Below, in pieces: positions 37,842 to 51,435 of a stretch of 64,000 nucleotides of DNA. The DNA lies in contig OX597833.1 of the NCBI GenBank assembly GCA_951406725.2, forward strand, positions 25,854,001 through 25,918,000, given 5' to 3'. Position 1 is the stretch's first letter; every line of letters begins with the position of its first letter. Under the pieces are notes generated by a model. It was not told the DNA's origin and did not search any database. It saw nothing but the letters and a program-made list of their open reading frames with translations. The translations under genes and the position numbers were made by a program. Source of the stretch: Octopus vulgaris (Eukaryota).

Positions 37842-38475
37842 ATTTCTTTACTACCCACAGGGGCCTAAACATAGAGGGGACACACAAGGCTAGACAAAGT
37901 GATTAAGTCGATTTCATCGACCCTAGTGCGTAACTGGTACTTATTTAATCGACCACGAAAGGCAAAGTCGATCTCGGCGGATTTTGAACTTAGAACGTGA
38001 TCACATATAGATGCAAATCTAGAAAGACTGTTGTATTGGACGGTAAGATGGTGAAATGAAGTTTTCTGAGTAAATAGGATTTAAATTAGAGTATATCCAG
38101 AAACTCCGAACCCGATTTGGTTGTGGTTTATATTGTGTATGAATGTTGTTGGTGTGAACAAGCAAATACTCAGATTCGATTTTTATTGAAATAATCTCAA
38201 ATTCACTTTAAATCTGATATTCGTATCACAAAATCCAAGGCCATCTGCATCAATATGTAAGATAATAATAATCTCAAATTTGGCAATGGGCCAGTATTTT
38301 TTGAGGAGTGGGTCAAGTCGATACGTCAGCTCCAATTACTTGAATGGTACTTATTTTAACGACCCTGCAAGGATGAAAGGCATCGCGGCAATTTGAACTC
38401 AGAACGTAAAAACGGACGAAATTCCGCTAAGCATTTTAACCAGTGTGCTAACGGTTCTATCAGCTCACTGCTTTA
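37842..38475 (-). mobile_element. Two SINE family A copies (37842-38000 and ~38270-38475)
   Basis: TATTTCTTTACTACCCAC tail and GAACT(T/C)AGAACGT head motifs of family A. Confidence 0.72.
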
Positions 38476-39372
38476 ACCATGTAAGATAATAATGAGAGAT
38501 CATGTGTAGTGGGGGAAGAGTCTGATTCCTTGAAAAGGTTATGAGGCTCTTTATGCCATTACCATGTCATGAACAGCATAAATATTGCAGTATTCACTTA
38601 GGCTTGTTTCTGCTTGTCTAGTCAATCCATGTTTGCATGTACGTTACTCTTCACACATCTTTAATATTGAAATCCTTACACGTTGCGCTTCTAGAATTCA
38701 TTGAATAAAACGATGTTAACATTGTGAACTTCGGAGGCAGCTCAAAGTTAAACTAGTGAGAGCCGACATGTCTATGTGATCAACAAGTTTGCATCAAGCC
38801 CAAAAAATAAAGAAACAAAAAATTCAGACTAAACAAACATGCAAAATAGAGCATGACTTTGGATTTGATTCAACCGGCATGACCTCTAGCGAATGTGATT
38901 ACTACAATATAACCAAGTAGGCAAATAAGGCTAGGAGTAGCATACGGTAGACAGAAAGCCTGCCGAGTATATCATTTGGAGTTGTTATCTGTTGTTTAAC
39001 AATATATTTTACGATTTTAGCTGGTCTCTAAGAACATTTTAAACTCCAGACAGGAATGCTAATGTGAGAAACACATTATATTATGTGACTGTTTCCGTAT
39101 TTCATTTTGCTCCTGCGACTTCGAAACTATGACTTCTCGTAATACATTTTACATACATTTTCCACAATACTCAGTGTTTTCGATATCATATAACCAGTAT
39201 CATAAATTAATGCTGTTGCTGAAGATTGATATCCGGCATTAATATACGGCAAGAATACAGCAACATACAGGTAGAATTATAAATATATAAAGCAGGTGAA
39301 GATCTACATAGCGGCGTACACTTACCGGCTGCTATTTCTAGCAATGATCGTGCTTCGTGTACACCTGCTCTA

Positions 39373-39426
<54 letters not shown>

Positions 39427-39493
39427 AGTACCTATCTATCTATTTGTCTGTCTGTCTTCTCTGTCTCTCTCTCTGACTCCCTCCCTCTCTCTC

Positions 39494-39526
<33 letters not shown>

Positions 39527-40214
39527 AATTTAAATACAAGGTAGTATTAGTTACATGGCTCTGATGATACAATGGTCGAACATGCTTGTGTAGCGTGCCG
39601 TATATTTTCAGACACAAAATTCAACATGGCTGCTTTTTTGCAAAAAAAAGGGAGAAAGCACGAGAAAGAGCGAGAGAAAAAGTAAAAGAAAGAAGTGGAG
39701 CTAGAAGAAAAAAGAAAATGGAAATGTAAGCATTTGGATAATAGTTTATTACTCAAATAGAAAATACTAGCCTCTCCGGCAGGACCGGATTTAAACCATG
39801 GGAACCCAGGGCATTTCAAGTTCAGTGGGCATCTTATACTCAAGAATTAAAATTTTTAGAAAATTACCAAATTTTAATCTCAAAACCCATCTATTTCAAA
39901 TAATTTAATTTGATGAATTGGCAGAGAAAGAGTAAATAAATGAATGAAAATATCGCTTTATGAATACACTTTTTCAAAAGTCCAGTTTCGGTTTTCACAC
40001 ATCGACTTCCGGTGTTTGACTTTCCCTTCATTGTGAAAAGTGCAATGAAGGAGGGAAGAGTTGGGTAGGGTTTTTTTTTCGTTTAATGTGAGTTACATAT
40101 GCTTTAGAATGTAGAATAAGTTAAAATGACAGAAAACTACGAAAAAGAAAAGAAATCATTGTTACGGTTGTTGCTGTTCCAAATGCATGATCAGTGTGGA
40201 TGTGTATGTGTGAA

Positions 40215-40245
<31 letters not shown>

Positions 40246-42015
40246 AAGAGACGGAGAGAGGGAGTAGATATACCAACATTTAAATGACATGGATTTTAAA
40301 AGTTTTTTCTTTTAAAATGGCTTCCCTTCATTGTTTTGCAATGCGTGAGAACAAAATAAGCGGGGGAAATGCCGACAAAAACGAAAAAATTCAAATAGTT
40401 ATTTCCCAAAAGCCTGATTTTCCAGTTTCCAGGAAGCGTAGGTGAAGTGCAATGAGTATTATTTACAGCATTTTTTACTTCGAAGAAAACATGTTTCACA
40501 AATGTTCACTACTTTTCCAAAACTATATCAGCGAAGTAAAGACCGTCTCTAAACGCAGTAAAATCTATAACATATTCAGAACACTATTTCAGTAAATTAT
40601 CACTGTTCTCTTTAGGTATGTAAATGACAAATTCTGACGGGGCAGATTTAGATGTGTAAGACGGAACAAGGTAAATATGCCCTGCCAGTTCTCCAGAATT
40701 AAATTTGAAAAAAGGTGTCATCCTTAGACATCAGCAATGCAGCAAAATTTAAACTATATTGGTGAAATGAAAAAAGTATAATGGAAAAATAGCACATAAT
40801 ATGAATTTAATGAAAGTCAACTAAATTTAAAAACTTAACATAAAATATTCTTTATAGGTACTTTACTATAGCTTCTTCACCAAAAATTATCGAAATATTT
40901 TATTAGATACCACAACTACAATCGAGTCAAATTTGAGGACAAATATTTTGAAAACAGTACCTGCCATTCAACAACAACTATGTAAACTATACTGACCAAT
41001 TCTTACTCTCAAATACGTAACCTATACTGACCAAATTTTACTCACAAAGATGATGAAATGGTGCAAAATGAGGGAAAATAGCAGAAAATCAGAAATTATT
41101 CATTACCAATTTTGCCCCGCTTCCATATAGTAATTCCAAGTGTTTGACAGAATGACAAAAAATATATGAGAAATTAAGAAAGTAAAAACGTTCGATTTAA
41201 TGAAGCATTTGAATATATATGCAATAATTCTAAAGCTGAAAAAGAATGCTTTTAGCTGTTGAGAGATGTGATTAGATAATTAAAATCACATCTGTACTTA
41301 CTTGCTTCATAAATAAGACCAGTTTTCAAAGCCTCACTGAAATAGGTGTAGAAGTAGAAATATGTGTGTATGTGTTATCGACCACACGTGCGCGTGCGCA
41401 AATATGTGCTCTTTTATTCTTTTATACGCTTCAGCCCAAAGATTGAGATCATACTAGACCAACGCCATATATTTACTGTATTTGTCTTTATTTCTAAGGG
41501 TAGGAATATGTGATATCGTTTCGGAAATTGAAATGTAGATCCTATGAAGTTTGATAATGCTGTTTATTTATTTATTTATTTATTTAATCATTTATTTAGT
41601 TATTTGTTCATTTGTCTGGTAACAAATGGACGGGTGATTTAAATTTTAGTTTTTGGATTGGCCTTTCATATTCCACCAGAGAAATTTAGAAAGTGTTTAT
41701 TACCAGGCGCTGAAACTGTAGATTCTTAGACTGGTGTCTCAGCATTAAATTATTATTTTGGAAAGCATAATACATTATATTTACAGGTACCGTGTTCTAG
41801 GCTGCCTCTTAACTGAGTATTCATATTGTAGTTAGATTAATTAATAGGTAGATTGTGACGACTTACACCACCGAAATGCTTTCCAAATAGCATATGTATC
41901 TATAGGAAATATTTAGGTTTACGCGTTGTCTTTCAGGTAAATACATCTGGATGATATTTAAAGAAGTCTGAGCTACGTCCAGTGTTGTATATTCATATAT
42001 ATGTATGTGTGAGTG

Positions 42016-42525
42016 TGGAGACGCAATGACCCAGTGGTTAGGGCAGCGGACTCGCGATCGTAGGATCGCGGTTTCGATTCCCAGACCGGGCATTGTGAGT
42101 GTTTATTGAGCGAAAACACCTAAAGCTCCATGAGGCTCCTGTAGTGAGTGGTGGGGAACCCTGATGTACCCTTTCACCACAACTTTTTCTCACTCTTTCT
42201 TCCTGTTTCTGTTGTACTTGTATTTCAAAGAGCCAGCCTTGTCACGCTCTGTATCACGCCGAATCTCCCCGAAAACTACGTTAAGAGTACACGTGTCTGT
42301 GGAGTGCTCAGCCACTTGCACATTAATAAATGAGCTGCGACGTCACAGGTGCCAAGCTGTATCGGCCTTTGCCTTTCTCTTGGATAACATTGGTGGCGTG
42401 GAGAGGGGAGGCTGGTATGCGTGGGCGACTGCTGGTCTTCCATAAACAACCTTGCCCAGACTTGTGCCTCAGGGGGTAACTTTCTAGGTGCAATCCCATG
42501 GTCATTCATGACCAAAGGGGGTCAC
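42016..42525 (+). mobile_element. tRNA-derived SINE family C
   Basis: A-box TGACCCAGTGGTTAGG and B-box GGTTTCGATTCCC; body shared with 51066-51435. Confidence 0.82.
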
Positions 42526-42668
42526 AACAATGTGTGTGTGAGTGGTTTAGCGTGCATGTATACGTATTTAACTATATAGAGTAAGATATGCATATATAGA
42601 GTAAGATATGCATATATAGAGTAAGATATACATACATACAGGTAAAAACTTAGATAAAACGTAGATAT

Positions 42669-44853
42669 GTTTCGACCAGAGATTGGTCCAGACCATGTCT
42701 AACTTAATAGCACCACCTGATAGGATTATTCGAATCCTGTTTAAGTCAAGTTTTGTTCAAGTAGTGAGTTCTTGTTGGGTGAGTTGTATCCAATTATGGG
42801 TGGCTTATCTGGTATTCTTTGAAGGAATCTATCCAGACTCTGTTTAAAGTTGATGGGATCCTTTTCCTCTTTGATCTCCCTCGGGACAATGTTAAATAGG
42901 GCAGGGCCTGTTGAGGAAAAGAAATTATGTTGCAGTGTACATGTATGTTGTGATCTTGAATTTGGCAGGGGACGTATAGCCCGTGGTCCAAGTCTTGGAT
43001 GGACCTTGAAGCTAATGTTTAGGTCGTTTGGGCAAAGTTGGCGGTATATTTTCCATATCGTACAAATGATGTACCGCTCACGGCGACGCTGGAGGGAGTA
43101 AAGTTTCAAGGTTTTAAGGCGATCCCAATAATCGAGAGCAGCCATGCCTTCAATTTGTTTAGTGAGATCCCTCTGGGGTGACTCAATTCTGGAGATGTTT
43201 TGTCTTGTGTGAGGAGACCACAGTGGGCAGCAGTATTCAAGGTGTGGCCGTACAAAGGAGGAAAAAAGTGGTATGATGACACCTTGTTCTCTGGACCGGA
43301 AAGTTCTTAAGATCCAGGAACTCATCCTACGAGCTATATCAACCTTCTTGTTGATGTGTGCACTCCAACTGAGATCGTCATCAACAATTACACCCAGGTC
43401 TCTGATATTGTTAGAGGCTGTGAGCGGTTCCCCTGAAGGAAGAGAGTATGGTTGTTTTAGTGAGGAATTTCTTCCAAAATGCATCAGCTCAAATTTTCCC
43501 TCATTCAGTTGCATTTTGTTTCTGTCTGCCCATTGACTCACAGCATATAGATCAGACTGGAGTTGAGTTCGGTCTGCTTCTTCATTGACGATTTGCTGGA
43601 GCTTAGTGTCATCAGCGAATATTTTCACTTTGCAGTGATGTACGACACTGGAAAGGTCGTTTACGTAAATTATGAAGAGTAGCGGACCCAAAACAGTTCC
43701 CTGGGGAACACCGCTGGTGACTTTTGCTGGGTTTGAGTGGACTCCATCAACTACAACATGTTGCGTTCTATTCGCCAGGAAATACTTAATCCAGTGTAGA
43801 ACTTTTCCACGGATTCCAACATTTGCCAATTTCGAGAGTAAGATGTTATGGTCTACCCTGTCGAACGCTTTACTGAAGTCAAGATATATGACGTCAGAGT
43901 TCGAACCTGTTCCCAAGGCTTTGAGTACATCTTCAATGTGGTGTAAGAGCTGTGTTAGACAGTCCCTGCCACAGCGAAAGCCATGCTGATTTGAATTTAG
44001 GAGTTTGTGGGTCTCCAGGAAGTCAGCTATCCTTGATCTTAACACTCTTTCAAACACTTTAATGATGTGGGAGGTGAGTGAGATTGGGCGATAGTTGACT
44101 GCGAGGGATCTGTTTCCCTGTTTGAAAACCGGGATGACCGACTGGGATAGAAACTGTTTCGGTATATAACCTACGTCTAACGAGTTTCTCCAGAGGTTGG
44201 TCAGAGGGACTGCAAGTTGATATCTACATTCCTTCAGGAGACTAGCGGGAAATCTATCAGGGCCTACAGCAGAGTAATGTTTGACCTCATTTATTGCTGC
44301 TACGATGTCGGTGGCAGTGAAGATTATGTCTGCGATTTTGTGTTGGGAGTCAACTTCGTTCGTTTCCTTCACGTCAATATCAGTGGGAACACTGAAGACA
44401 GAGCAGTATTGTTTCTGCAGTATTTCTGCCATTTCTTTAGCATCGTGTTGGGGAAAGCCGTTATCATCAATCAATGGCCCAATGGGTGAGACAGTGGTTC
44501 TATGCTTATTTGCATAAGAATAGAACACTTTTGGGTTCTGTTTGATGTTTTTGATTACCCATTGTTCCTCCACAGCTCTTTGATTTTCAATGGAGGTTTT
44601 CATGTTAGTCTGCAGATGAAGTTTTTCCAGCTCTAGTCTTTTCATTGTTGTTGAATGTGGATGTTGTGTGTGGGAATATTTTAATTGGTTGATTTTTTTG
44701 TTGAGTCTTTTGATGCGCATGATGAGTGTTTTTTTTCTTTTTAGGGAGCCGGTTTCTGTTTGTGTTAGTAGATTTCTTGGGAGCGTGTTTAGAGCATGTA
44801 TAGGTGACAATGTTTTTTTGATTCTCTGGCAGAAACATTTCTAATAGGAAATG
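42669..44853 (-). mobile_element. 5'-truncated CR1-group LINE with candidate 10-bp TSD
   Basis: ACGTAGATAT flanks both ends (42659-42668 and 44854-44863); contains an uninterrupted RT ORF; no endonuclease domain is present. Confidence 0.85.
42741..44810 (-). CDS. Non-LTR reverse transcriptase (CR1/Jockey group), 689-codon open frame, N-terminally truncated
   Basis: NYRPISLTS, QHGFR, YLDFSKAFDRVDH, GVPQGTVLGPLLF, FADD, RDLGV, RPHLEYCCPLWSP, LYSLQRRRER; the annotated start is TTG, not ATG. Confidence 0.9.
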   Translation of the reverse strand: MSPIHALNTLPRNLLTQTETGSLKRKKTLIMRIKRLNKKINQLKYSHTQHPHSTTMKRLELEKLHLQTNMKTSIENQRAVEEQWVIKNIKQNPKVFYSYANKHRTTVSPIGPLIDDNGFPQHDAKEMAEILQKQYCSVFSVPTDIDVKETNEVDSQHKIADIIFTATDIVAAINEVKHYSAVGPDRFPASLLKECRYQLAVPLTNLWRNSLDVGYIPKQFLSQSVIPVFKQGNRSLAVNYRPISLTSHIIKVFERVLRSRIADFLETHKLLNSNQHGFRCGRDCLTQLLHHIEDVLKALGTGSNSDVIYLDFSKAFDRVDHNILLSKLANVGIRGKVLHWIKYFLANRTQHVVVDGVHSNPAKVTSGVPQGTVLGPLLFIIYVNDLSSVVHHCKVKIFADDTKLQQIVNEEADRTQLQSDLYAVSQWADRNKMQLNEGKFELMHFGRNSSLKQPYSLPSGEPLTASNNIRDLGVIVDDDLSWSAHINKKVDIARRMSSWILRTFRSREQGVIIPLFSSFVRPHLEYCCPLWSPHTRQNISRIESPQRDLTKQIEGMAALDYWDRLKTLKLYSLQRRRERYIICTIWKIYRQLCPNDLNISFKVHPRLGPRAIRPLPNSRSQHTCTLQHNFFSSTGPALFNIVPREIKEEKDPINFKQSLDRFLQRIPDKPPIIGYNSPNKNSLLEQNLT

Positions 44854-45170
44854 ACGTAGATATTGCTAATACTTGTGAAAATTTTCCATGGGGAATAAAT
44901 AATACCAAACATTTTCCCAATCTCCTATTTTCATATATAATTACGATGCCAAAAGTATTTCCCAGAATGTTTAAGCATTTTACATATCTCAAACAAAAAT
45001 AACATCTACATACAATTTTAGAATACTGGAATAAGCAAAAGTGCTTCAAGAAGACACAGCGTGAATTTCAGCCCTATCTGCTTAAATAATATATATATAT
45101 ATATATATATGCATGTGTGTATATATATATATTTACACACACACACGCACACACACACACACAAACACAA

Positions 45171-45216
<46 letters not shown>

Positions 45217-45960
45217 TACATACATACACATATATACATATTCATATTGTATTTTGGCTTCATCAAACATATACACGTTTCGGTAAATCAAATGGCAGAA
45301 TTGCACAAGCAATTAGTGAAATTACATTACCTTTTTGCCAAAACAATGGCAACCACTACAGTATTTTGGCCTAAAATATATGTCGCACTCAACAGCATAT
45401 ACTCTGTCTGTTTGTCTGTATACACACACACATACACACACACATGCAAATGTATATACATATATACATATATTTCAGACAATAACACGCAATGTCCGTC
45501 ACGGTGGTCCTGTTGATAAGGAAAGATTAAAACAACATATGGTGTGGGCGTGAATGACTGTCAGAGACACTAAATGTAGGCAAGCTGTAGTGAGCTGTCG
45601 GCTGCCGGTATTTTAATCAGAATGAAACTAAATTTTTATCTTAAATTATATTTATCAATTTCTTTCATACACGCAGAGCCACACACCTTACAATGAACTG
45701 TGGTTTTTCACATTTGTGAAACTTGTAAAGGAAAGTAAAACGACAAAGGGATTGTAGTGAGTGGGGGAAATGGCAAGTAAAAAAAAAAAAACATAGAGAG
45801 GAAGCGATTGAGTGACATATCTACGGCTGAAGCAGCAAGAATTTTGATGAAAATAATACAGTTAATTTTTGTCGTTTGCAAATAAATAAACAAAAATTTG
45901 AAAGCAAAATATGGTAAGTCATGATGGATTTCTCTCTCTCTCTCCCTTTCTCTCTTTCAC

Positions 45961-45997
<37 letters not shown>

Positions 45998-46532
45998 AAG
46001 GCACACAAACATACAGAGGCACACAAACGGTATAACTTACTTCTGATAGCGTCAAACAACTAAGAATAAAATTTTAACACAATAATTCATATAAACTTTT
46101 TCTGCTTTTCTTCTTGTGTATGCTCTTATTTATTTCCATAAATTAGGTAATTGCTTGGCAAAAACTATAAAATGAATAGAAAAAGAATTCCCTTTAAAGG
46201 ATATATCACTTATTCAATGAAATGAGAAGACATTCGAACACATCAGACCGCTATCACTCCTAATATCAAAACATGTTGCCTGCCGTTGTAGAAAAACATT
46301 GCTTCAGGCAAAAGTAAGGAAGTACATAAATATTTAATTGTATATATTTAATTTAACACACACGCACGCACAAACGCACGCACATATATCTTCTTACACA
46401 TGATAAAACGCATTATGTGTCCTGGATTTTGGCTACATGGACACTCTACTTTGCATTTCTGATTATCAGATTACTATGTGAAGAGTTAGCTGCCAGCCAT
46501 AGTGGGATGTTTCGTGATAGCCACTGAATATT

Positions 46533-46545
46533 TTATATATATATG

Positions 46546-46577
<32 letters not shown>

Positions 46578-46607
46578 TGTATGTATGTATGTATGTATGT
46601 ATGTATG

Positions 46608-46646
<39 letters not shown>

Positions 46647-46755
46647 GTGTGTATGTAAATATATACATTTATATATATACACACATACACATATACTCAT
46701 ACATATATATGTGTGTGTATATGTATATACATATACGCATATATATGCATATATA

Positions 46756-46797
<42 letters not shown>

Positions 46798-46800
46798 TGT
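46533..46800. repeat. (TATG)n-(TA)n-(TG)n compound microsatellite
   Basis: Direct reading. Confidence 0.9.
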
Positions 46801-47165
46801 CAATACATAGCTTTGCTGATAGTGGTTGAATAATCAATATCGGCTTGATAAAGTCTCTTTGATAGAATCATGCCTAAGTATTAATTCGTTATTGTTTTGC
46901 TTCATTCAAATACTTATTCGCATCCTGTCCCATTATTTTCTCCCCTTATCAAAGTGGCTTTGCCTCTTCTAACATTTCCTTTCAATGCCCTTTAGAGATT
47001 CCAATCTATAAACTTCAAATACTTATTAGCAACAATTGTTTATAAACCTAACGTTGTTATCGTATTACAAACATGTCATGGGGTTCTAGAATTAAACCTC
47101 AAATTACATTCATCATGGTTTGGTTTTAACAATATTATTGTTTTTTCGATAAAATCATTTATAAT

Positions 47166-47598
47166 AAGGCGCCGAGCTGGCAGAAACGTTAGCACGCCGG
47201 GCGAAATGCTTAGCGGTATTTCGTATGTTTTTACGTTCTGAGTTCTAATTGCGCCGCAATCGACTTTGCTTTTCATCCTTTCGGGGCCGATAAATTAAGT
47301 ACCAGTTACGCACTGGGGTCGATGTAATCGACTTAATCCCTTTGTCTGTCCTTGTTTGTCCCCTCTATATTTAGCCGTTTGTGGGCAATAAAGAAGTAAA
47401 GAACGTTCGCATGCCGGGCGAAATGCTTAGTGGTATATCGTCTATCTTTATGTTCTGTGTTCAAATTCTGCCGATGTTGACTCTGCCTTTCAGACTTTCG
47501 GGGTCGATAAATTAAGTACCAGTTGCGTACTAGGGTCGATCTAATCGACATCCCCCCCCACCTCCCAAAATTTCGGGGTTTGTGCCTAGAGTAGAAAA
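47166..47598 (+). mobile_element. Two tandem SINE family A copies with different tails
   Basis: The first ends GTGGGCAATAAAGAA; the second (47400-47598) ends CCCAAAATTTCGGGGTTTGTGCCTAGAGTAGAAA. Confidence 0.85.
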
Positions 47599-48864
47599 GT
47601 ATAACGTTAAGATATTAGGATGTAGGGAAAATGCATTCGTAGCTCTTAGTATTATTTGGTTTTGACCCAACTTGATATTTGAAAACCCATACTTCATCTG
47701 CGAAAGAGTGACTGAAGGTGATAAAAATGCAGACTAGTCAAGCATTTCATTTGATCGTATCGACTACTATAACCTTTCTCACAAAATACGAATCTTTGTG
47801 AATGTTAGAAATAAGTAGTTTAATTAGGCCTATGGATAATAGAATTGATAGAATATTGAACGTAATACAATGCATTCAGTTCTAATCTAGCCCAAATGAA
47901 CTTTCTATAAACCTGTTGAAATTACCAATTTCATCGCCTATCCAGCATTTATCAATGACCGAGGTCTTATGCCTGTATTAGAAGTGACTTTTTATTGAAA
48001 CATCAGTGAATTACAATAGTATCATAATAGCAGAATTAGTAACAGAATTAGTAACCTAACTACGTTTTGACAGTAAATCCCACCCTTATTTCTGCTTTCA
48101 CCTTTAAAATACTGGTATTTAGCTAGTACCGAAGCACCTGTAAAAGACCAATGAAATATCAGTCTTTTACTTGTAAACTTTGGGACCTGAAATATACCAG
48201 CAAATTACCAGATTTACTGGCACTTCGGTGAATGAAATACCTAGAAAATACTGACTTCGTTGGTGTCATCTTCGATGTTTTCAGTCTTGGATCTCTATGA
48301 GAAATTAGTTTAGTTTATGTGACGAACAACTGTTTTGTAATATTGTTATGTTTATGCACTCAAGTATCATTCACCCTTGTAAAAGAAGAGCAATCGCATA
48401 AAACTGGAATAGAGACATTGATACGATACGATACAGAATCACAAAATGTAATTTCGTGAAATATTAAGTATTAGGACGTAACCTGATGCTTGTCCCTAAT
48501 TAGCATCCCTGCCAACTTGTAATGAATGGAAACATATGAATTATGAATTCAGAGAAATTATCTGAGATATGAAACTACAATGCAAAGCAGGTTTATTGTA
48601 ATAATACTGATTTGAGCAGGTTTATTACAGTACAGACAATATAACATTGTATCAACCCAAAGTTTTTAATTGCTGTCTATAATATATAATAAATATGTAT
48701 TATTTATTGCTTCTTTCTACGAAAAATAGCGTCGTAGTGATTACTGGATATTGACGGTGAAAGTAATAATTAATTGTCTGTGCAATATGCCTCTGGAGTT
48801 CTCATTCGACAAAACAGGTTTATCGGGTTTTATTACCTATGTTTAGATCTATGACCGAAGTACC

Positions 48865-49025
48865 TACAAGCGTAACTGCGTGATAAAAATGCTGCTTCCC
48901 AAACGCATGATTCCGAATTCAGTCTCAGTGCGTAGCAACTGAAACAAATTGCCAACCAAAGACTTCTGAGTAGATGTGGTAGTAGTAGACGGAAATTGGA
49001 AGAAGCCAGTCGTATACATATTTAA

Positions 49026-49087
<62 letters not shown>

Positions 49088-49330
49088 GTGTACATATATA
49101 TATATATATATATATGGGTGGCAGTGTTTGTGTGTGAGCGCGCGTGTGATTTTGGCTTAGGTTTGTTTACAGCCTCAACTCAGCAGTGTGGAAAAAGAAA
49201 CCGATAGAATAAGTACCAGTGTTTTAAAAATGTACTGGGTTCGATTCGTTCGATCTGAACCTCTTCAAGAAGGTGCACCAACAGAATCACAGTCGAATGA
49301 CTGACACAAGTCAAAGATAAAAGATAAAAG
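48865..49330 (+). mobile_element. SINE family B, old diverged copy
   Basis: Residual similarity (GACGGAAATTGGAAGAAGCCAGTCGTATA, CCGATAGAATAAGTAC, AATGACTGACACAAG). Confidence 0.55.
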
Positions 49331-49619
49331 AAACTTAAATCTTCCAAAATTTGGTAAGAAATTAAATACGATGGATTTGATAACAGAGCGTAAGGCAATG
49401 AGTGTAAATGGTGCATCAGTCTCATCAAAAGGGACGAGTTCCTGTGAGTTTCTAATCCAAAGCTAGAGAGTCGCGATTGCAAAGCCTATGGACTAACAAA
49501 TAACATGCTGATAGAATAACTGTCTGTGTTTTATCATCGAAATCAAATTAGGGACTTTGCTTGACGGTAGTTAACTATTTTACACCGTTTTACATCACAA
49601 ATTTCAGTTGCTGATTTTT

Positions 49620-50310
49620 ATGAACAGATAAGATAGATGACGTAGATAACATACACGAGATTAGATAAATAAGATGATATAAATAAAATAAATATGGTAA
49701 ATGATTCGAACTGAGATAAATGCAGCTATATAAAAGAGGATAAATAATAAGAAAATATAGATAGTAGAAAAGAAGATTGGTAACATAACCCAAACGAGTT
49801 AGTGATAACTTAGATAAGGTTAATAATAGAGGCATGATAGATAAGATAATATTCTATAGATATGATAGATGGCATAAAATATATTAGAGAGGAGAGATAT
49901 GGTACTACAGTTAAGGAAAATCAAAATAAGGTAGGTGTGATGAGATAAGTTTCAACAGATAAAATACAATAGATAAAGCATATAAGACAGAAGATTGATG
50001 CAGTAGAATAAAATCGATAGTATAGGCAACATCATCAAGGCAGAAAAAAAATGAGATTTCTAAGGCAGATAAAATAGATAAATAAAATAAATATAAGACA
50101 GAAAAGATAGATATGACAGATAGAATTGGCTACATAGAGAAAATAGCTGAAATAGTAAAGATTGTTAAGATGAATCTAATATAGAAAACAAATAAAATAA
50201 ATTTGCATGAAACAGATAACATAGTTATGTTTAAAGAGATATAAGATCAACAAGCATAGAAAGTATAAAATAAGATAAGTACTATCGAGCAGATCGAAGA
50301 GAAGATATGA
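49620..50310. repeat. Purine-rich degenerate (GATA/AGATA)n tract
   Basis: About 700 bp of recurring GATAA/AGATAG with strong purine bias on the + strand. Confidence 0.7.
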
Positions 50311-50454
50311 ATGATTGGGAATTCACGGTGGTGTAGATAGCATGAAAGCGGGAAAATATTCACTTTTTAAAAGAGTTGAATAGTTTTTATCCAAAGTTTA
50401 ATCTATTTGGCTTAATGCACACACACAGACACACATACACACACACACCACACA

Positions 50455-50492
<38 letters not shown>

Positions 50493-50511
50493 ACACACAC
50501 ACACACACACA

Positions 50512-50960
50512 GAGGAGTGGCTAAGTAGTAAGTAGCTGGCTACAGGCGCAGATGTGGATATGTGACAAGTAGCTTGGTTACCGGCCACATGGTTCCGGCT
50601 TCAGTCCCACTGCATGGCACCTTGGGTAAGTGTCTTCTACTGTAGCCCCGGGTCGGCCAAAGCCTTGTGAGTGGACTTAGTAGAGGGAAACTGAAAGAAT
50701 CCTGTCGTATATATATATATATATATATATGGATGTATGTTAGTATGTGCTTTGTGTGTCTTTGTTTGACCTCACAACATCGCTTCACAATCGATGTTGG
50801 TGTGTTTACGTTCCCGTAACCCGTAACTTAACACTTCGGCAAAAACACCAAAAGAATAAGTACTAGGCTTATAAACAATAAGTATTGGGGTCGATTTGCT
50901 GGACTAGAAGCGATGCTCCAGCATGGCCGCAGTCAAGTGACTGAAACGAGTAGCCGAATA
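50512..50960 (+). mobile_element. SINE family B (CORE-like)
   Basis: CACATGGTTCCGGCTTCAGTCCCACTGCATGGCACCTTGGGTAAGTGTCTTCTAC..CAGCATGGCCGCAGTCAAGTGACTGAAAC. Confidence 0.82.
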
Positions 50961-51065
50961 AAATAATGAAAGAATATATGTATATAATTATATAAGGGAG
51001 CTGATTTTGTCGAGTGAAAATGTACCATGTCTTACAGCGAGTCGTAGGTTTTAAATTAGGTAACA

Positions 51066-51435
51066 CAATGGCCCAGTGGTTAGGGCAGCGGACTCACGGT
51101 CATAGGATCCCGGTTTCGATTCCCAAACCAGGCGTTGTGAGTGTTTATTGAGGGTAAACACCTAAAGCTCCACGATTCTCCGGCAAGGGATAGTGGCGAA
51201 CCCTGCTGTACTCTTTCACCACAACTTTCTATAACTCTTACATCCTGTTTCTGTTTTGCCTGTAATTCAAAGGACCAGCCTTGTCTCATTGTGTCACGCT
51301 GAATATCTCCGAGGACTACGTTAATGGTACACGTGTATGTGGAGTGCTCATCCATTTGCAGGTTAATTTCACGAGCAAGCTGTTCCGTTGATCGTATCAA
51401 CTGGAACCCTCGTCGTCGTAAGCGACGGAGTGCCA
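51066..51435 (+). mobile_element. SINE family C with alternative tail
   Basis: CAATGGCCCAGTGGTTAGGGCAGCGGACTC..GTTTCGATTCCC; matches the 42016 copy up to ~51366. Confidence 0.82.

Noticed and set aside
39780-40684. Possible hAT-like element (CAGGACCGGATTTA ... TAAATATGCCCTG)
   Set aside because: The TIR match is imperfect and no 8-bp TSD was found.
42850-44517. Plus-strand ORFs overlapping the RT (likewise at 20082, 32953, 54413 and 61180-61894)
   Set aside because: They are antisense shadows of real coding sequence with no independent motifs.
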